Below the pieces are notes generated by a model. It had not been told where the DNA came from. It saw nothing but the letters and a program-made list of their open reading frames with translations, and did not search any database. This document shows positions 62,441-64,000 of a DNA stretch of 64,000 nucleotides, piece after piece. The stretch is taken from IMG/VR virus record IMGVR_UViG_3300028840_008158, one strand, 5' to 3'. Every line of letters starts with the position of its first letter. Within the stretch, counting starts at the first letter, position 1. Source of the DNA: an uncultured virus (IMG/VR IMGVR_UViG_3300028840_008158) (lineage: Duplodnaviria > Heunggongvirae > Uroviricota > Caudoviricetes). A program made the translations under genes and the position numbers.

Positions 62441-62705
62441 GCCGGGCGCGAACTGGAAGGTGCTCCGGGGAAGGAGGGGGATTCATTTCCCCGACTTGTT
62501 CAACGTTCTTGATCAACGGGTATACGAGGGCGTGAAGGGCCGGTTCGGGTTCTGGGGGATGGAGGTCGTTAATAAGATCGCCGACGAGATGCGCGCCTTC
62601 GTAGTTACGGGGCCGTTCGGGTACGTTCTAGATCGTCGCGTCGTGTGGGATTTTGACGTGCGTTGGGGACGTTTTCCCCAAGGACCAAAGGAGAACGAAA
62701 AATGA
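62409..62705 (+). CDS. hypothetical protein
   Basis: fills the operon gap; ATGA overlap with the caspase gene. Confidence 0.45.
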   Translation: MTARKLSWPSKPGANWKVLRGRRGIHFPDLFNVLDQRVYEGVKGRFGFWGMEVVNKIADEMRAFVVTGPFGYVLDRRVVWDFDVRWGRFPQGPKENEK

Positions 62706-63580
62706 GGCGACGTAAATTCCTGGCCGTGACAATGCTGGCCCTCCTGGCGGCTTGCAGCAAACCAACGACCCCGGATCCCGTCCTGACCCACGGAGATGAC
62801 CGGGCTCTCCTGGTGGGGATCAACGAGTATCCAGGAGCGCCGCTGAGGGGATGCGTGAACGACGTCAACAACGTGAAGGAATACCTGATCAAGGAACAAG
62901 CGTTCCCCGCCGACAGGATCATCGTCCTGACCGACAAGGACGCCACGCGAAACGCCATATGGAAGAAGCTGGAGTGGCTCGTCGCCGACGCCAAGGCCGG
63001 GGACCGCCGCTACTTCCATTTCTCTGGGCATGGTACGGAGTTCGCCGGTCGCGAGACCGAAACGCAGCCCGGGGGCATGAACCAGGTCATCTGTCCATAC
63101 GACTTCGACTGGACCGAGAAGACGATGGTCATGGACGTCGAGTTCAGGGACCTCTTCAAGAAGATGCCCGAGGGCGTCGTGTTCAACTGGGCCAGCGACT
63201 CGTGTCATTCCGGCGACCTGACTAGGGACCTCGGGCGCCCCGAGGCCAAGCCGAGGCGCTACCCCACGACTCCGGACGACGTCAAGGCCCGGATCAAGAA
63301 GGCGAAGGAGCTCGGGCTGAAGGGGAAGGGATTCATCGGCGGCCTCCTGGACGTGGGATACGTCTCCGGATGCAAGTACGACCAGACGTCGGCCGACGCC
63401 TACGAGGATGGCGAGTATTGCGGGGCGATGACCCATTTCCTCCTGAAGACGCTACGGGAGATGCCTGACAAGCCCCTCGTGGAGGTCGTCAAGGAGCTCA
63501 ACGTCAAGCTGGCCTACAAGTTCTATACCCAAAGGCCGCAATGCGAGGGGGCACGGTTCAACAAGCCCTTCCTGAAATGA
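62702..63580 (+). CDS. metacaspase/orthocaspase (peptidase C14) lipoprotein
   Basis: signal MRRRKFLAVTMLALLAA-C; ALLVGINEY, LRGCVNDV, HFSGHG, DSCHSG, GAMT. Confidence 0.92.
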   Translation: MRRRKFLAVTMLALLAACSKPTTPDPVLTHGDDRALLVGINEYPGAPLRGCVNDVNNVKEYLIKEQAFPADRIIVLTDKDATRNAIWKKLEWLVADAKAGDRRYFHFSGHGTEFAGRETETQPGGMNQVICPYDFDWTEKTMVMDVEFRDLFKKMPEGVVFNWASDSCHSGDLTRDLGRPEAKPRRYPTTPDDVKARIKKAKELGLKGKGFIGGLLDVGYVSGCKYDQTSADAYEDGEYCGAMTHFLLKTLREMPDKPLVEVVKELNVKLAYKFYTQRPQCEGARFNKPFLK

Positions 63581-63590
63581 CGGGGGCCGC

Positions 63591-63755
63591 ATGGACAGGA
63601 AAGCATACGAGGACAAGATAAGGAAGGGATACGAGGAACTGCGCGGCTATCCCCCGACCAAGGAATCCATCGACTTGATAATGGGAATCTGCTGCGACTT
63701 GGCGAAGCTCAGGATGAGGTCTCTCGAGGCCCAAGCCAATGTCCGCCGATCATAA
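63591..63755 (+). CDS. small hypothetical protein
   Basis: MDRKAYEDKIRKG..., follows the caspase gene. Confidence 0.4.
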   Translation: MDRKAYEDKIRKGYEELRGYPPTKESIDLIMGICCDLAKLRMRSLEAQANVRRS

Positions 63756-63929
63756 CGTCTTGAGCCACCAGACGTAGAACGCCCACGGGACGAGCAGCAG
63801 GAGCGGGGACAACGCCCAGCCCCACGAGATCGCGAACCAAACCTTCAGGAGGACCAGGGCTCCGGTCCCGCCGATGGCGATGACGGGGGGAAGAACGAGG
63901 GCGAGCGCCATCAAAGGGAAAATCCACAT
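63750..63929 (-). CDS. 59-aa membrane protein
   Basis: MWIFPLMALAL...LKVWFAISWGWALSPLL; missing from the ORF track. Confidence 0.55.
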   Translation of the reverse strand: MWIFPLMALALVLPPVIAIGGTGALVLLKVWFAISWGWALSPLLLLVPWAFYVWWLKTL

Positions 63930-64000
63930 CTCATTCTTCCTTTAGGATCAAGCCCAGGCTCTTCGCGTCCAGCTCGCCCTTCAGCTTCAGGTATTTCGTT

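Noticed and set aside
1..64000. Stop-codon reassignment as in some large phages
   Set aside because: Conserved enzymes are full length in code 11, TAA, TAG and TGA all end genes, and no suppressor tRNA is present.

Overview
A 64-kb high-GC segment that reads as part of a large (jumbo-type) tailed bacteriophage genome in the standard genetic code. No capsid, terminase or portal gene is in the window, so the phage call is inferred from gene content and density. Layout: (1) 294-2098, a minus-strand array of 11 tRNA or tRNA-like genes (Pro x3, Trp, Thr, Ile, Tyr x2, Glu, one with an 8-nt anticodon loop, one Glu-body oddity) plus two non-tRNA RNAs with tRNA-like ends. It is driven by a TTGACA-17-TATCTT promoter and preceded by an unannotated 32-codon leader peptide, a terminator/antiterminator pair and a boxA-like site. 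Seven of the leader's eight consecutive codons 21-28 match anticodons in the array, which suggests a ribosome-stalling attenuator that switches on phage tRNAs when decoding fails. This is the top finding. (2) 2.3-22 kb, small hypothetical genes, a probably inactive ADP-ribosylhydrolase, family-4 UDG, a SigH/ECF-like sigma factor and a replication module (initiator with internal origin-like repeats, Ycf46-type AAA+, DnaC-like loader, DnaB, stand-alone primase zinc finger, SF2 helicase). (3) 22.8-28 kb, proteins sharing a W-Y/x-K/R-x-A motif, including a four-repeat protein and an aldo-keto reductase. (4) 28.5-33 kb, an operon starting with a ubiquitin-like GG-terminal protein and a Cys-containing partner, plus a metallophosphoesterase. 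(5) 33.6-57.4 kb, a roughly 24-kb glycan synthesis, methylation and sulfation island. (6) 57.4-61.4 kb, fibre-like genes including a Gly-X-Ser repeat protein. (7) A lipoprotein metacaspase. All family calls come from motif recognition by eye; no database search was run.
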